A stretch of DNA of 64,000 nucleotides from Candidatus Methylomirabilota bacterium (GTDB lineage: Bacteria; Methylomirabilota; Methylomirabilia; Rokubacteriales; CSP1-6), in assembly GCA_036265915.1 (NCBI GenBank), contig DATAOC010000020.1, positions 5,080-69,079 of the forward strand, read 5' to 3'. Shown in pieces: positions 17,204 through 27,505 of the stretch (its first letter is position 1; every line of letters begins with the position of its first letter). The position numbers and the translations under genes are program-made. The notes under the pieces are model-generated. The model saw only the letters and a list, made by a program, of their open reading frames with translations. It ran no database searches and was not told the DNA's origin.

Positions 17204-18270
17204 TGCGCATCGTGATCGACGGGCGCGGGCTCAGCGGCAACACGACCGGTGCTGGCAACGCGCTCGGGTGGCTGCTGGCGCGACTGAAGGCGGACGCCCC
17301 CGAGCACGACTACGTCGTGCTCACGCCGCCGGCCGCAAGCTGGCGCCTGCGACGCCAGCTCTGGTGGGAGCAGGTGGAGTTCCCGCGCCAGGCGGCGCGG
17401 CTCCGCGCCGACGTCATGCACGTGCCCGGCGGAACATCGACGCCGCTCGCGGGTCGGCGCCGCACCGTCGTGACGCTTCACGATCTGGCGCCGAGCGCGC
17501 ATCCGGAGTGGCTGCCGCCGGGGCCGGGACGCTGGTACTGGGGCCGCTGGGTCGCGTGGACGGCGTCATTTGCCGACTGCGTGCTGGTGCCGTCGGAGGC
17601 GACCCGGCGCGACGCCATCGCGCGCGGCGGCATCGCCGAGCGCCGCGTGCGGGTCACGCCATGGGGCGTGCCCCCGGACGTGGCGGAGGGCATTCCGGCC
17701 GGCGCCGCTCGGGCCGCCCGCGAGCGGCATCATCTCCCCGAGCGCTACGTGCTCTATGCCGGCACCATCGACCGACGCAAGGACTACCGCACGCTGCTCC
17801 TCGCCCTGCGAGAGCTGCACGCCGACCTGGCGCTCGTCGTCGCCGGCAGCGTGGTGGCGGGACGCACGGACTTCGAGGCCGTCATCGACGCCCTCGCGCT
17901 CCGTCCCCGCGTCCGCGTGCTCGGCTACGTGCCGCGCGCCGATCTGCTCGGCCTGTACGCAGGCGCGGCGGCGTTTGTCTATCCGTCGTTCTACGAGGGA
18001 TTCGGCCTGCCGGTGCTCGAGGCGATGGCGATCGGCGCACCGGTCGTGACCTATCGCGTCTGCTCCCTGCCGGAGGTGGCGGGCGACGCCGCCATCCTGC
18101 TCGAGCCGCCGGTGTCGCCCTCGGCCCTTGCGGCGGCGCTCGCGCGCGTGCTGGACGACGGCCCGTGCCGTCGCCAGCTCGTGGCGGCCGGGCGGGCGCG
18201 CGCGCGGCGGTTCGACTGGGGCGCGACCGCGCGTGCGACGCTCGACGCCTACGCGGGCGTGCCGGCGTGA
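17203..18270 (+). CDS. glycosyltransferase family 4 (GT-B)
   Basis: C-terminal signature 'YPSFYEGFGLPVLEAMAIGAPVV'. ATG overlaps the upstream stop by 1 nt (TGATG). Confidence 0.85.
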   Translation: MRIVIDGRGLSGNTTGAGNALGWLLARLKADAPEHDYVVLTPPAASWRLRRQLWWEQVEFPRQAARLRADVMHVPGGTSTPLAGRRRTVVTLHDLAPSAHPEWLPPGPGRWYWGRWVAWTASFADCVLVPSEATRRDAIARGGIAERRVRVTPWGVPPDVAEGIPAGAARAARERHHLPERYVLYAGTIDRRKDYRTLLLALRELHADLALVVAGSVVAGRTDFEAVIDALALRPRVRVLGYVPRADLLGLYAGAAAFVYPSFYEGFGLPVLEAMAIGAPVVTYRVCSLPEVAGDAAILLEPPVSPSALAAALARVLDDGPCRRQLVAAGRARARRFDWGATARATLDAYAGVPA

Positions 18271-18274
18271 CCGC

Positions 18275-19417
18275 ATGACGATGCTCTTTCTCGCCTACGC
18301 GCACGAGCGTGGCCTCACTGCCGACGTCGGTGGCTTTCGCAAGCTGTGGGAGCTCGCGGCCGCCGTGGCCCGGCGCGGGCCGCGCGTCGAGGTCTTGTAT
18401 CCGCGGCTGCCGGGACACCGCGCGCTCCGCGACGTGCCGCATCGCGACTACGCGGTGGTCAACCGGCCGTTGCTGCGCCCGCTGACGGCGTATGGCGCGC
18501 TGTGCGCGGCCGCACTGCGCATCCGCCCGAGACCCGACGTCGTGTACTTCCGCATCGGCCTCGCACTGCTGCCAGCCGCGCTGCTGCGCGCGCGCGGCGC
18601 CCGCGTGGTCGTGGAAATCAATGCCGATCCGTGCGAGTTCCAGGCGGTCGAGGGTGCCGGGCGCGCGGCGCGCCGCCTCGCGCGGCTCGTTCTCGCCGCC
18701 AGCGTGCGCGTCAGCCACCTCGCGGTCGCGGTCACCCCGGGGCTGGCGCAGCGGCTCATCGACGATCTCGGCGTTCCGCGCGGGCGGGTGGTGCTCAGCC
18801 CGAGCGCGACCGATACCACGCACTTCGTCCCCGCCGACGCGACGGTGGCGCGCCGCCGGCTCGGCCTCGACCCCGATCGTCCGACGGTCGGCTTCGTCGG
18901 CGTGTTCTACCGGCACCAGGGCGTCCCCACGCTGCTGCACGCCGTGGCGGAGCTGCGCTGCCGCGTCCCCGGCATCCTGGCGCTCGTCGTCGGCGACGGC
19001 GTCATGCGGCGGGCGTGGGAGGCCGAGGCGGCGGCGCTGTCGCTCGGCGACGCCGTGCGCTTCACCGGCCAGGTCGCGTATGCCGACGTGCCGGCGTACT
19101 TCAACGCGATGGACGTCGTGGCGGCGCCGTTTACCGCTCACCGCGGTGAGACGTCGCCGTTCAAGGTGCTCGACGCCCTCGCCTGCGCGCGGCCCGTGGT
19201 GGCGTCCGATCTGCCCTCGGTGCGCACGCTTGCCGACAGCGGCGCGCTGACGCTCGTGCCGCCCGACGACCCGGCCGCGCTCGCGAAGGCCCTGGGGGAG
19301 CTGCTGGCCGACCCCGGCCACCGGGTCGCGATGGGATGGAAGGGGCGCGGCTTCGTCGAGCGGCACGCGAGCTGGGACCACGCGGCGGCAACGCTGCTCG
19401 GGGCGCTCGCGCGATGA
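18275..19417 (+). CDS. glycosyltransferase family 4 (GT-B)
   Basis: It has 'VGFVGVFYRHQGV', 'LVVGDG' and 'FKVLDALACARPVVASD', a GT4-like C-terminal half. Confidence 0.75.
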   Translation: MTMLFLAYAHERGLTADVGGFRKLWELAAAVARRGPRVEVLYPRLPGHRALRDVPHRDYAVVNRPLLRPLTAYGALCAAALRIRPRPDVVYFRIGLALLPAALLRARGARVVVEINADPCEFQAVEGAGRAARRLARLVLAASVRVSHLAVAVTPGLAQRLIDDLGVPRGRVVLSPSATDTTHFVPADATVARRRLGLDPDRPTVGFVGVFYRHQGVPTLLHAVAELRCRVPGILALVVGDGVMRRAWEAEAAALSLGDAVRFTGQVAYADVPAYFNAMDVVAAPFTAHRGETSPFKVLDALACARPVVASDLPSVRTLADSGALTLVPPDDPAALAKALGELLADPGHRVAMGWKGRGFVERHASWDHAAATLLGALAR

Positions 19418-20601
19418 AGGTCGTCATCCTCACCAAGCGCACGCTCGCGCACGGCTTCGGCGGCGTCGAAGCATACGTGCACCACCTGGCGCGGGCGGCG
19501 GCCGCGCTGGGGCACGACGTCGTCGTGCTGGCCACCGCGCATCCCGATGCGCGCGCCGCGGACGCGGTGAGCGGCTACCGCGTCGAGTACCTCGCCGGCA
19601 CCGCGCCCGGCGTCTACTCCGACGCCTTCTGGCGGATCAGCGCCGACGCCGTGCGCCGGCACGCCCCCTACGACCTGCTCTACAGCACCAACCTCGCCGG
19701 CTACGGCGCCGCCCTCGCCGGTGTGCCGCGGCCGCACGTCGCGTGGTGCACCGGGCGCACGCTCGGCCACCTGCGCAGCGAGTGGCACGATCGCGCCGGG
19801 ATCCGCGCGCTCGCCGGCTATCCCAAGGCGGCGCTGGCGCTCTTGTACTACGCGGCGCTCGAGCGGCGGCTCTATCGCCGCCTCGACGGCATCGTCGCCG
19901 AGGACGACGGCACGTGCGCGGCGCTGCGCCGGCGTGGCTGGCCGGTGCGCCTGGTGCACACGGGCGTCGACACCGGCGAGTTCCGCCCTCACGCCGGCGT
20001 TCGCGCGCAGACGCGCGACTGGCTCGGGATCCCGCGGGACGCCGAGGTGCTGTTCATGGCCGCGGCCGTCAATCGGCAGAAGGGGATTGCGCTCGGCGTC
20101 GATGTGTTCGACCGGCTCGCCGCATCGCGGCCGCGCCTGCACTTGGTCGTCGCCGGCGACGGTCCCGAGCGGCGCGCGCTGGAGGCTCGGGCGCGGCGCG
20201 GGCACGGGGGCGCGCGTGTCCGCTTCGTCGGCGCCGTCCCCGAGGGCAGCATGTCGCGCTATCACGCCGCCGCGGACGTGCTGCTCTATCCCACGCGCCG
20301 CACGGAAGGCGTGCCGCGCGCAATTCTGGAAGGCATGGCCACCGGCCTGGTCGTGGTCGCGACCGACCGCGGCGGCGTGCGCACCGCCGTCCGCGACGGC
20401 GACACCGGTGTGCTGCTGCCGCGGCCGGCGATCGGGCTGCTCGAGCGCGCGGTGGCCGGCCTGCTCGCCGATCCCGCGCGACGTCGCGCACTGGCCGACC
20501 GCGCGCTCGCCGTCGCGCGCGAGGAGTTCGACCTGCACGAAACGGTCAGCGCCGTGCTCGAGACGGCGGGCGCGGGCGGGCGCGCGGCGGTGCGCGCGTG
20601 A
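19414..20601 (+). CDS. glycosyltransferase family 4 (GT-B)
   Basis: It has 'GFGGVEAYVHHLA' and 'LYPTRRTEGVPRAILEGMATGLVVVATDRGG'. The start is an ATGA overlap. Confidence 0.85.
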   Translation: MKVVILTKRTLAHGFGGVEAYVHHLARAAAALGHDVVVLATAHPDARAADAVSGYRVEYLAGTAPGVYSDAFWRISADAVRRHAPYDLLYSTNLAGYGAALAGVPRPHVAWCTGRTLGHLRSEWHDRAGIRALAGYPKAALALLYYAALERRLYRRLDGIVAEDDGTCAALRRRGWPVRLVHTGVDTGEFRPHAGVRAQTRDWLGIPRDAEVLFMAAAVNRQKGIALGVDVFDRLAASRPRLHLVVAGDGPERRALEARARRGHGGARVRFVGAVPEGSMSRYHAAADVLLYPTRRTEGVPRAILEGMATGLVVVATDRGGVRTAVRDGDTGVLLPRPAIGLLERAVAGLLADPARRRALADRALAVAREEFDLHETVSAVLETAGAGGRAAVRA

Positions 20602-21590
20602 GCGTGCGCAGCGTCGGGCGCCGCGTGCTGTCGCTGGCGCCCGTCCTCGGGCTCGTCGCCCGCCCGGAGCCGCGCCCCGACGGCATCAGCGCGATTGTCC
20701 GCGTGCGCGGTGAGGAGGAGTGGATCGAGCCGGCGCTGCTGTCGATCACCGACTTCGCCGACGAGATCGTCGTGCTCGACAACGGCGCGTCCTCGGCGGC
20801 GCGCGAGGCGATCGACGCACTCGCCGAGCGGCTCGGATCGCAGCTCGTCCGCGTGGAGTGCCCCGCGCTCGATCTCTTCGAGGTCTCGAACCTCGGGCTC
20901 GCGCGCGCCCGCTATCGGTTCGTGGTGCGGTGGGACGCTGACTTCGTCGCGCACACCGAGGGGCCGGGTGACGTGCGCCATCTCCGGCACCATCTGCTGA
21001 CCCTCGATCGGCGGCGGTTCTTCCGGATCGTCATCCCCGCGGCCGAGGTCGCCGGCGATCTCCGTCACCAGTTTCCCGATCGCCGCCTGCGCTTCGACGG
21101 CGAGGCGCACACCGCGTCCGCGCACGCCCGCTATGTCAAGGTCACGCGCGACACGCCGACGGAATCGCTCGGCGCCGCCGACCGGCCGCTGCGCGGGCGC
21201 GCGCGGCTGACGCTGGCCCTCGAGGCCCTGGCGCTGCCGCCCGTCTACGCGATCCTCCGCTGGCCGACGGTCGCCTACTTCCACGTGCACGTGAAGCCCG
21301 CGCGGCACCTGCTGCTCCGCCACTTCTGGCTCGAGTGGCTGGCGGAGCCCGATACCGCCCGGTATCCGACGCTCGAGTCCTACGCGCGCGAGCAGGCGCG
21401 CATCCGCTGGGGCATTGCCGACGCCGACGCCGCGGCCGAGCACCTGATGCGTCGTCTGTGGGCGGGGCTCGTGCCGTTCGACGAGTCGGTCTGCGGGCCG
21501 TACCCGGCGCTGCTGCGGCCGCATCTCGACGTGAGCCGCTACACCGTGCAGTACGCCGGCGCGCAGATCGTCGGGCGGAGGGAGCGCTGA
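20598..21590 (+). CDS. GT2-like glycosyltransferase / hypothetical protein
   Basis: 'ISAIVRVRGEEEWIEPALLSITDFADEIVVLDNGASS' and 'VVRWDADF' resemble a GT-A N-terminal fold with a DxD. The C-terminal 150 aa is unassigned. The start is a GTGA overlap. Confidence 0.45.
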   Translation: MSVRSVGRRVLSLAPVLGLVARPEPRPDGISAIVRVRGEEEWIEPALLSITDFADEIVVLDNGASSAAREAIDALAERLGSQLVRVECPALDLFEVSNLGLARARYRFVVRWDADFVAHTEGPGDVRHLRHHLLTLDRRRFFRIVIPAAEVAGDLRHQFPDRRLRFDGEAHTASAHARYVKVTRDTPTESLGAADRPLRGRARLTLALEALALPPVYAILRWPTVAYFHVHVKPARHLLLRHFWLEWLAEPDTARYPTLESYAREQARIRWGIADADAAAEHLMRRLWAGLVPFDESVCGPYPALLRPHLDVSRYTVQYAGAQIVGRRER

Positions 21591-21591
21591 C

Positions 21592-22371
21592 GTGCTGCGC
21601 ACGGGCCACCAGCTGGACGACCGCACCATCCGCGAGCGCTACGAGCATCTCGGCCACCGCGGCGGGCTCGGTCGGCCCTTCGCGCGCCGCGTCCTCGCGC
21701 TCGCCGGCCCGCCGGCGGCGGGGCCGGTGGGCGACATCGGCTGCGGCACTGGTGATCTCCTCCGCGAGCTCGCCGAGCAGTGGCCCGACAGCCGCCTGTA
21801 CGGGGTGGACTTCGCGACATCGCGATTGCGGACCACCGCCGGCCGCGTGGCGCGGCGAGTGACGCTCGTCGACGCGGACCTGGGCGCGCGCCTGCCGTTC
21901 GCCGACGGCGCCTTCCGCGCGCTGTTCTGCACCGAGGTGCTGGAGCACCTCAAGCGGCCGGTGGAGGCGCTGCGCGAGCTGGCGCGCATCCTGGCCTGCG
22001 GAGGCCGTCTCACGCTGTCGGTGCCGAACGCCACTGGCTTCGCGCCGTTCCACCGGCTGGGTGGCCGCGTGCCCGGCGCCTGGCTGCGCGGCAAGCTGTT
22101 GCCGTACGAGCACCCCGCCAACACCGACCAGCCGATCGACACGTGCTGGTCGTACGACGAGATCCTGGCGATGGTCGCCGCCGGCGGCTTCGTGATCGAA
22201 GCGGCGGACGGCCTCGCCTACTTCCGGTATCTCGAGATGCTGCCGGTGGTCCGAGTCGTGTGGCGACCCGCGGCGGCGCGCGCCGAGCGCCTGCTGCCGC
22301 GCCTCGGCGCACGGCGGTTCGCCTATCATCTGTTGCTGCGCTGCCGTCCGGCGGGAGCGCCCGGATGCTGA
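21592..22371 (+). CDS. class I SAM-dependent methyltransferase
   Basis: Motifs 'VGDIGCGTGDLL', 'FRALFCTEVLEHL' and 'LACGGRLTLSVPN'. Confidence 0.75.
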   Translation: MLRTGHQLDDRTIRERYEHLGHRGGLGRPFARRVLALAGPPAAGPVGDIGCGTGDLLRELAEQWPDSRLYGVDFATSRLRTTAGRVARRVTLVDADLGARLPFADGAFRALFCTEVLEHLKRPVEALRELARILACGGRLTLSVPNATGFAPFHRLGGRVPGAWLRGKLLPYEHPANTDQPIDTCWSYDEILAMVAAGGFVIEAADGLAYFRYLEMLPVVRVVWRPAAARAERLLPRLGARRFAYHLLLRCRPAGAPGC

Positions 22372-23222
22372 CCTGTCCCGTGTGCGCGGAGGTGCGCGTC
22401 CGCGCGGTCGACGTGCCCGGCGGCCGCGGCTTCGTGCGCTGCGCGCGGTGCCGGCTGCTGTTCGACCCGGAGCGCACGCCGGACGTCGCACGGCCGGAGC
22501 TGTCCGAGCGCGAGCGGCGGCTGGAGGAGCGCGTGGCGCTTCGGCGCGCGTCGCACTTCGACGCGCTGCTGCGCCGCGCCGGCGGCCCCGGGCGCGTGCT
22601 CGACGTGGGCGCCGGCATCGGCGCCTTCGTGCAGTGCGCGTGCGACGCGGGCTGGCAGGCTGTCGGCGTCGACGTCGATCCCGCCGTCGTCGCCTACGCG
22701 CGCGCACGTGGCCGCGACGTCCGCCTGGGTGACCTTTCGTCGCTGGCGCTCGAGCCCGAGACCTTCGACCTCGTGACGCTGTGGAACGTCCTGGACTTCC
22801 TGCGCGAGCCGCTGGCCGCGCTGCGCGAGGCGCGCCGCGTGCTGCGCCCGGGCGGCAGCCTGTTCGTCCGCACGCCGAACGCGCCGGTGCAGATCGCCGG
22901 CGTCCGGCTGACCGCCGTACTCGCCGCGATGCTGCGGCACCCCGGCGGTCGGCCACGCTGGGCCGGCATCCTGCACACGTCCAATTTCGGCGCGCGCGGC
23001 CTGCGTATCGCGCTCGGGCGTGCGGGCTTCGCCGGCATCGACATCCGCAACAGCGATCCGATCGCTGGCGATCCCTATCTCGGGCTGGGCCCCGTGAGAG
23101 AGGCGGCCCTCGGAGTCGCCAAGCAGACGATCTTCGGCGTTGCCCAGGCGATGGCGGTGGCGAGCGGCGGCCGCTGCCTGCTCTCACCCTCGCTCGAGGC
23201 CCTGGCGAGGCGGGCCGCGTGA
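22365..23222 (+). CDS. SAM-dependent methyltransferase with N-terminal CxxC...CxxC zinc-ribbon
   Basis: It starts 'MLTCPVCAE...FVRCARCRLLF' and then has 'VLDVGAGIGAFV', 'FDLVTLWNVLDFL' and 'LRPGGSLFVRTPN'. It overlaps the upstream gene by 7 nt. Confidence 0.7.
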   Translation: MLTCPVCAEVRVRAVDVPGGRGFVRCARCRLLFDPERTPDVARPELSERERRLEERVALRRASHFDALLRRAGGPGRVLDVGAGIGAFVQCACDAGWQAVGVDVDPAVVAYARARGRDVRLGDLSSLALEPETFDLVTLWNVLDFLREPLAALREARRVLRPGGSLFVRTPNAPVQIAGVRLTAVLAAMLRHPGGRPRWAGILHTSNFGARGLRIALGRAGFAGIDIRNSDPIAGDPYLGLGPVREAALGVAKQTIFGVAQAMAVASGGRCLLSPSLEALARRAA

Positions 23223-24361
23223 CGCCCGCGTCCGTTGTTCACGTGGCGGGGTCGGCCGGCTGGGCGGGTGGCGAGCGATATCTGCTCGCGCTGGCCACCG
23301 AGCTCGACCGCAAGCGCTTCCGCCTGTCGGTCGTCGTGCCGGAAGCCGGACCGCTCGTCGATCGCCTGCGCGCACTCGACGTGCCGACCGCGCACGTGCC
23401 GCTGAGCTCGCGGCTGGTGAGCCCGGCCGCGTTCGCCGGCCTCGTTCGCGCGCTCTCCGAGTGGGGCCCGGCGATCGTGCAGTCGCATGGCGCCCGCGCG
23501 AACGTCTACACGCGTCTGGCCGCGCGGGCTGCCGGCGTGCCCGTTGTGGTGTCCACCGTGCACAACTCGCTCTTCGACTACGAGGTCGCGGGCTGGCGCC
23601 GTCGCGCGTACGTGACCGCCGAGCGTCTCACCAGCCCGCTGAGCCAGCGCATCATCGCCGTGTCGCACGCCATCGCGCACGACCTGCGGGCGCGCTATCA
23701 CATCGACCCGGGCCGGACGGTCGTCGTGCACAACGGTATCGACGCGTGGGCGTTCCGCCCCACGCGCGGCCGCGCGGCCATGCGCGCCGAGCTCGGCCTC
23801 GCCGCCGCCCGCCGTGTCGTGGTGATGGCCGGGCGCATGACACCGCAGAAGGGCTGGGACGTGCTGCTGGAGGCGGCCGCGCGGCTGGCCGCGACGCGGG
23901 CCGATGTCACCTGGCTGCTCGTCGGGGACGGACCGCTGCGCCCGGCGCTCGTCCGACGCGCGAGCGAGCTCGGCGTGGAGGCGCGGTTCACCGGCCCGCG
24001 CGCCGACATGGCGGACGTGCTCGACTGCGCCGACGTCGTGGCCCTCGCCTCGCGCTCGGAAGGGCTGCCGTTCACGCTGCTGGAGGCCATGGCCCTCGGC
24101 AAGCCGGTGGTGGCGACGCGCGTCGGCGGCGTGCCCGAAGTCGTGGACGACGGCCGCAGCGGACGTCTCGTGCCCCGCGACGACGCGGCGGCGCTGGCGA
24201 GCGCGGTGGCCAGCGTCCTGGACTCGCCCGACGCGGCGGCGGCCATGGGCGCGCGCGGACGCGCGCGCGTGGAGTCCGGGTTCACGCTCGACGCCATGGT
24301 GCGCGCGGTGGAGCGCCTGTACGCCACGGCGCTGCAGGAGCGCGGGATGGCGATCGACTGA
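23219..24361 (+). CDS. glycosyltransferase family 4 (GT-B)
   Basis: It has 'HVAGSAGWAGGERY' and 'ALASRSEGLPFTLLEAMALGKPVVATRVGGVPEVV'. The start is a GTGA overlap. Confidence 0.85.
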   Translation: MTPASVVHVAGSAGWAGGERYLLALATELDRKRFRLSVVVPEAGPLVDRLRALDVPTAHVPLSSRLVSPAAFAGLVRALSEWGPAIVQSHGARANVYTRLAARAAGVPVVVSTVHNSLFDYEVAGWRRRAYVTAERLTSPLSQRIIAVSHAIAHDLRARYHIDPGRTVVVHNGIDAWAFRPTRGRAAMRAELGLAAARRVVVMAGRMTPQKGWDVLLEAAARLAATRADVTWLLVGDGPLRPALVRRASELGVEARFTGPRADMADVLDCADVVALASRSEGLPFTLLEAMALGKPVVATRVGGVPEVVDDGRSGRLVPRDDAAALASAVASVLDSPDAAAAMGARGRARVESGFTLDAMVRAVERLYATALQERGMAID

Positions 24362-26244
24362 TGTGCGGCATCGCCGGCTACGTCGGCGCCGCACCGCCGG
24401 GGCTGCTGCCAGCGATGGTGAAGGCGCTCGCTCACCGCGGCCCCGACGATTCGGGATTGCATGTGGACGACCACGCCGGTCTCGGCATGACGCGGCTGGC
24501 CATCATCGACCTCGTCACCGGCCGGCAGCCGATGGCGAGCGATGACGGCGCCGCCTGGCTCGTGTTCAACGGCGAGATCTACAACTATCGTGCTTTGCGC
24601 GCCGAGCTGCAGGCGCGCGGCCATGTGTTCCGGACCCAGAGCGATACCGAGGTGATCCTGCGCGCCTGGCAGGCGTTCGGCGACGACTGCGTGGCGCGGC
24701 TGCACGGCATGTTCGCCTTGGCGCTGTGGGACGCGCGCCGCCAGGCGCTGCTGCTCGCCCGCGACCGGCTCGGCAAGAAGCCGCTCTACTATGCCCAGCA
24801 CGGGGGCCTGTTCCTGTTCGCCTCCGAGATCAAGGCGCTGCTCTGCCACGGAGCGCTGCCGCGCGAGCTCGACCCCGACGCGTTCCACCACTACCTGGCC
24901 TTCGGCTACACGCCCGGCCACCGCTCGATGGTGGCCGGCATCGCGAAGCTGCCGCCGGCACACGTCGCCGTGCTGCAGCGCGGCGGCCTCGCGCAGCACC
25001 GGTACTGGACGCTGCCGCCCGCCACGCCGGCGGTGCCGCTCGCCTTCGCCGACGCAGCCGGCCGCGTGCGCGCGGCCGTGCGCGAGGCCGTCCGCGCGCG
25101 CCTCGAGAGCGACGTGCCGCTCGGCGTGTTCCTGAGCGGCGGCGTCGACTCCGCGGCGATCGTCGCCAGCATGCGCGAGCTGACCAGCGGTCCGATCGCG
25201 ACGTTCACCATCGGCTTCGGCGACGCGGAGTCCTTCGACGAGCGGCCGCTGGCCCGCGAGGTGGCGCGGCGCTTCGGCACCGCGCACCACGAGGAGGTCC
25301 TGGCCCCCGACATTGCCGGTCTGCTGCCCGGCGTCGTGGAGGCGCTCGACGAGCCGTTCGCCGACTCATCGGCGATCCCGACCTACGCGGTGGCGATGGC
25401 CACCGCGCGCCACGTGAAGGTCGCGCTCTCGGGCGTCGGCGGCGACGAGGCGTTCGCCGGATACCCGCGCTACGTCGGCGTGCGCGCGGCGGGTCACTAC
25501 GCGCGCCTGCCGCGCGCGCTCCGTGCGCTCACCGAGCAGCTGACTCTCAGGTGCGTGCCCGAGTCGGAGGGCAGTCGCGACTGGGGCGGCCGTGTCCGGC
25601 GCTTCGTCGCCGGCGGCGACGCCGACGTGGCCAGCCGCTACATCGGCTGGACGCGGTTCTTCGGCGAGCGGCTGCTCGACGATCTCGCAGTCCCCGCCCT
25701 GCGCGCGCGGTGGCGCGAGGACGTCGAGGCCACCGCGCGCGAGGCGTTCGCCGCGCATGCTCACGCGGATGCCGTCGACGGCGCCTTCCGCGCCGACCTG
25801 GCGTCCTACCTCCCCGACGACCTGCTGGTCATGGCCGATCGGCTCGGCATGGCGCACTCGCTCGAGGTCCGCGCGCCATTCTGCGATCATGCGCTGCTGG
25901 AAGCCGCGCTGGCGCTGCCGCCCTCGCTCAAGCTGCGGCACGGACGCCTCAAGGCGCTGCTGAAGGCGGCCTTCGCCGACGTGCTGCCGCCGGCGGTGCT
26001 CGCGGCCCCCAAGCGCGGCTTCATGATCCCGCTCGCGCGCTGGCTGCGTCACGACCTGCGCGACATGGTCGACGACGTGCTCGCCCCCGCGCAGGTGCGC
26101 GCGCGCGGGCTCTTCGAGCCGGCCGCCGTCGCCCGCCTGGTGGCCGAGCATCGCGACGGCCGTCGCAGCCACAGCGATCGGCTGTGGGCGCTGATGATGA
26201 CGGAGCTGTGGCTGCGGCGGTACTGCGACCGGCGCGGGGACTGA
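24361..26244 (+). CDS. asnB: asparagine synthase (glutamine-hydrolysing) family amidotransferase
   Basis: The N-terminal nucleophile is 'MCGIAGY' and the PP-loop is 'FLSGGVDSAAIV'. ATG overlaps the upstream stop (TGATG). Confidence 0.9.
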   Translation: MCGIAGYVGAAPPGLLPAMVKALAHRGPDDSGLHVDDHAGLGMTRLAIIDLVTGRQPMASDDGAAWLVFNGEIYNYRALRAELQARGHVFRTQSDTEVILRAWQAFGDDCVARLHGMFALALWDARRQALLLARDRLGKKPLYYAQHGGLFLFASEIKALLCHGALPRELDPDAFHHYLAFGYTPGHRSMVAGIAKLPPAHVAVLQRGGLAQHRYWTLPPATPAVPLAFADAAGRVRAAVREAVRARLESDVPLGVFLSGGVDSAAIVASMRELTSGPIATFTIGFGDAESFDERPLAREVARRFGTAHHEEVLAPDIAGLLPGVVEALDEPFADSSAIPTYAVAMATARHVKVALSGVGGDEAFAGYPRYVGVRAAGHYARLPRALRALTEQLTLRCVPESEGSRDWGGRVRRFVAGGDADVASRYIGWTRFFGERLLDDLAVPALRARWREDVEATAREAFAAHAHADAVDGAFRADLASYLPDDLLVMADRLGMAHSLEVRAPFCDHALLEAALALPPSLKLRHGRLKALLKAAFADVLPPAVLAAPKRGFMIPLARWLRHDLRDMVDDVLAPAQVRARGLFEPAAVARLVAEHRDGRRSHSDRLWALMMTELWLRRYCDRRGD

Positions 26245-26248
26245 CGGC

Positions 26249-27505
26249 ATGAGAGCCCTCGACGTGCTGCTGGTCACCGACGCGGCGCCGCCGGCCATGG
26301 GCGGGGGCGCCGAGCGCGTGCTCTGGGAGCAGGCCACGCGCCTGGCGCGGCGCGGCCACGGCGTCCGGATCCTCGCGCGCGCGCCCGAGCGCATGCCCGC
26401 GTACCGCGTGGAGCCGGCGCTGGCGATCACGCACTTCGCCGTCGACCGAGGCTCGGTCGCCCGGTTCGTCCGGACCGCGGTGCTCGGGGCGCGTGCGGCG
26501 GGCGAGCACGCGGTGCGCGAGCGGCGGCCGCACGCGCTGCACGTGCACCAGCCGCTGGCGGGCTACGGCGTGCTCGGGGCGGCGGCCGCGCGCGGGCTGC
26601 CGGCCCTGTACACGTTCCATTCGGCGGCGCCGAGCGAGTACCGCTCGCGCCGCGGCATGACGGGACTCCACCGCCGCGGTCTCGCCGGCACCGCGATGCT
26701 GGCCGCGCTCTGGCTCCTCGAATGGTCGTGCCTGCGCCGTGCCGCCCGCGTGCACGTGCTCAGCGACTTCTCCGCGAGCCAGCTCCGCGCGCTGTACGGA
26801 ATCGGCGGGGCGCGCGTGGTGCGAATCGGCGGCGGCGCCGACGTCGAGCGCTTCCGACCGGCCGCCGACCGGGTCGCTGCCCGCGCGGCGCTCGGTGTCG
26901 GACCGCGTGTGGCGTTGCTGTTCACGGCCCGCAACCTCGAGGCGCGCATGGGACTCGATCGCTTGCTGGAGGCGATGGCCCGGCTGCGCTACTTCCATCC
27001 GCACGCGCATCTCGTCGTGGCCGGCACCGGCTCCCGTGGCGACGCGCTCCGCGCGCAGGCGGCCGCGCTCGGCCTGGCGGACACCGTCGACTTCGTCGGC
27101 TTCGTGGACGACGCACGCCTGGCCGCGTACTACGCGGCCGCCGATGCGTTCGTGCTTCCGACGCGCGAGCTGGAGGGCTTCGGGCTGGTCACGGTGGAGG
27201 CGCTGGCCTCCGGCACGCCGGTGCTGGGGACGCCGATCGGCGCCACGCCCGAGATCCTCGGCCCGCTGGACCGCTCGCTCCTCTTTCGCGACGCCTCCGC
27301 GGCCGCGATCGCGGACGGGCTCGACGCGTTCTTGCAGCGCCTCGCCGCGGATCCCGGGCTGGCGGCGCTGCGCGCCGCGTGTCGACGCTATGCCGAGTCG
27401 CGCTACGGCTGGGACCGCGCGGTCACCGCGCTCGAGGGCGTGCTCGAGTCGGTCGCCGCCCAGCGGCCGCGCCTGCTGCCGCGGGCCGGGGAGGCGTCGG
27501 CGTGA
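26249..27505 (+). CDS. glycosyltransferase family 4 (GT-B)
   Basis: It has 'GGAERVLWEQA' and 'VLPTRELEGFGLVTVEALASGTPVLGTPIGATPE'. Confidence 0.85.
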   Translation: MRALDVLLVTDAAPPAMGGGAERVLWEQATRLARRGHGVRILARAPERMPAYRVEPALAITHFAVDRGSVARFVRTAVLGARAAGEHAVRERRPHALHVHQPLAGYGVLGAAAARGLPALYTFHSAAPSEYRSRRGMTGLHRRGLAGTAMLAALWLLEWSCLRRAARVHVLSDFSASQLRALYGIGGARVVRIGGGADVERFRPAADRVAARAALGVGPRVALLFTARNLEARMGLDRLLEAMARLRYFHPHAHLVVAGTGSRGDALRAQAAALGLADTVDFVGFVDDARLAAYYAAADAFVLPTRELEGFGLVTVEALASGTPVLGTPIGATPEILGPLDRSLLFRDASAAAIADGLDAFLQRLAADPGLAALRAACRRYAESRYGWDRAVTALEGVLESVAAQRPRLLPRAGEASA

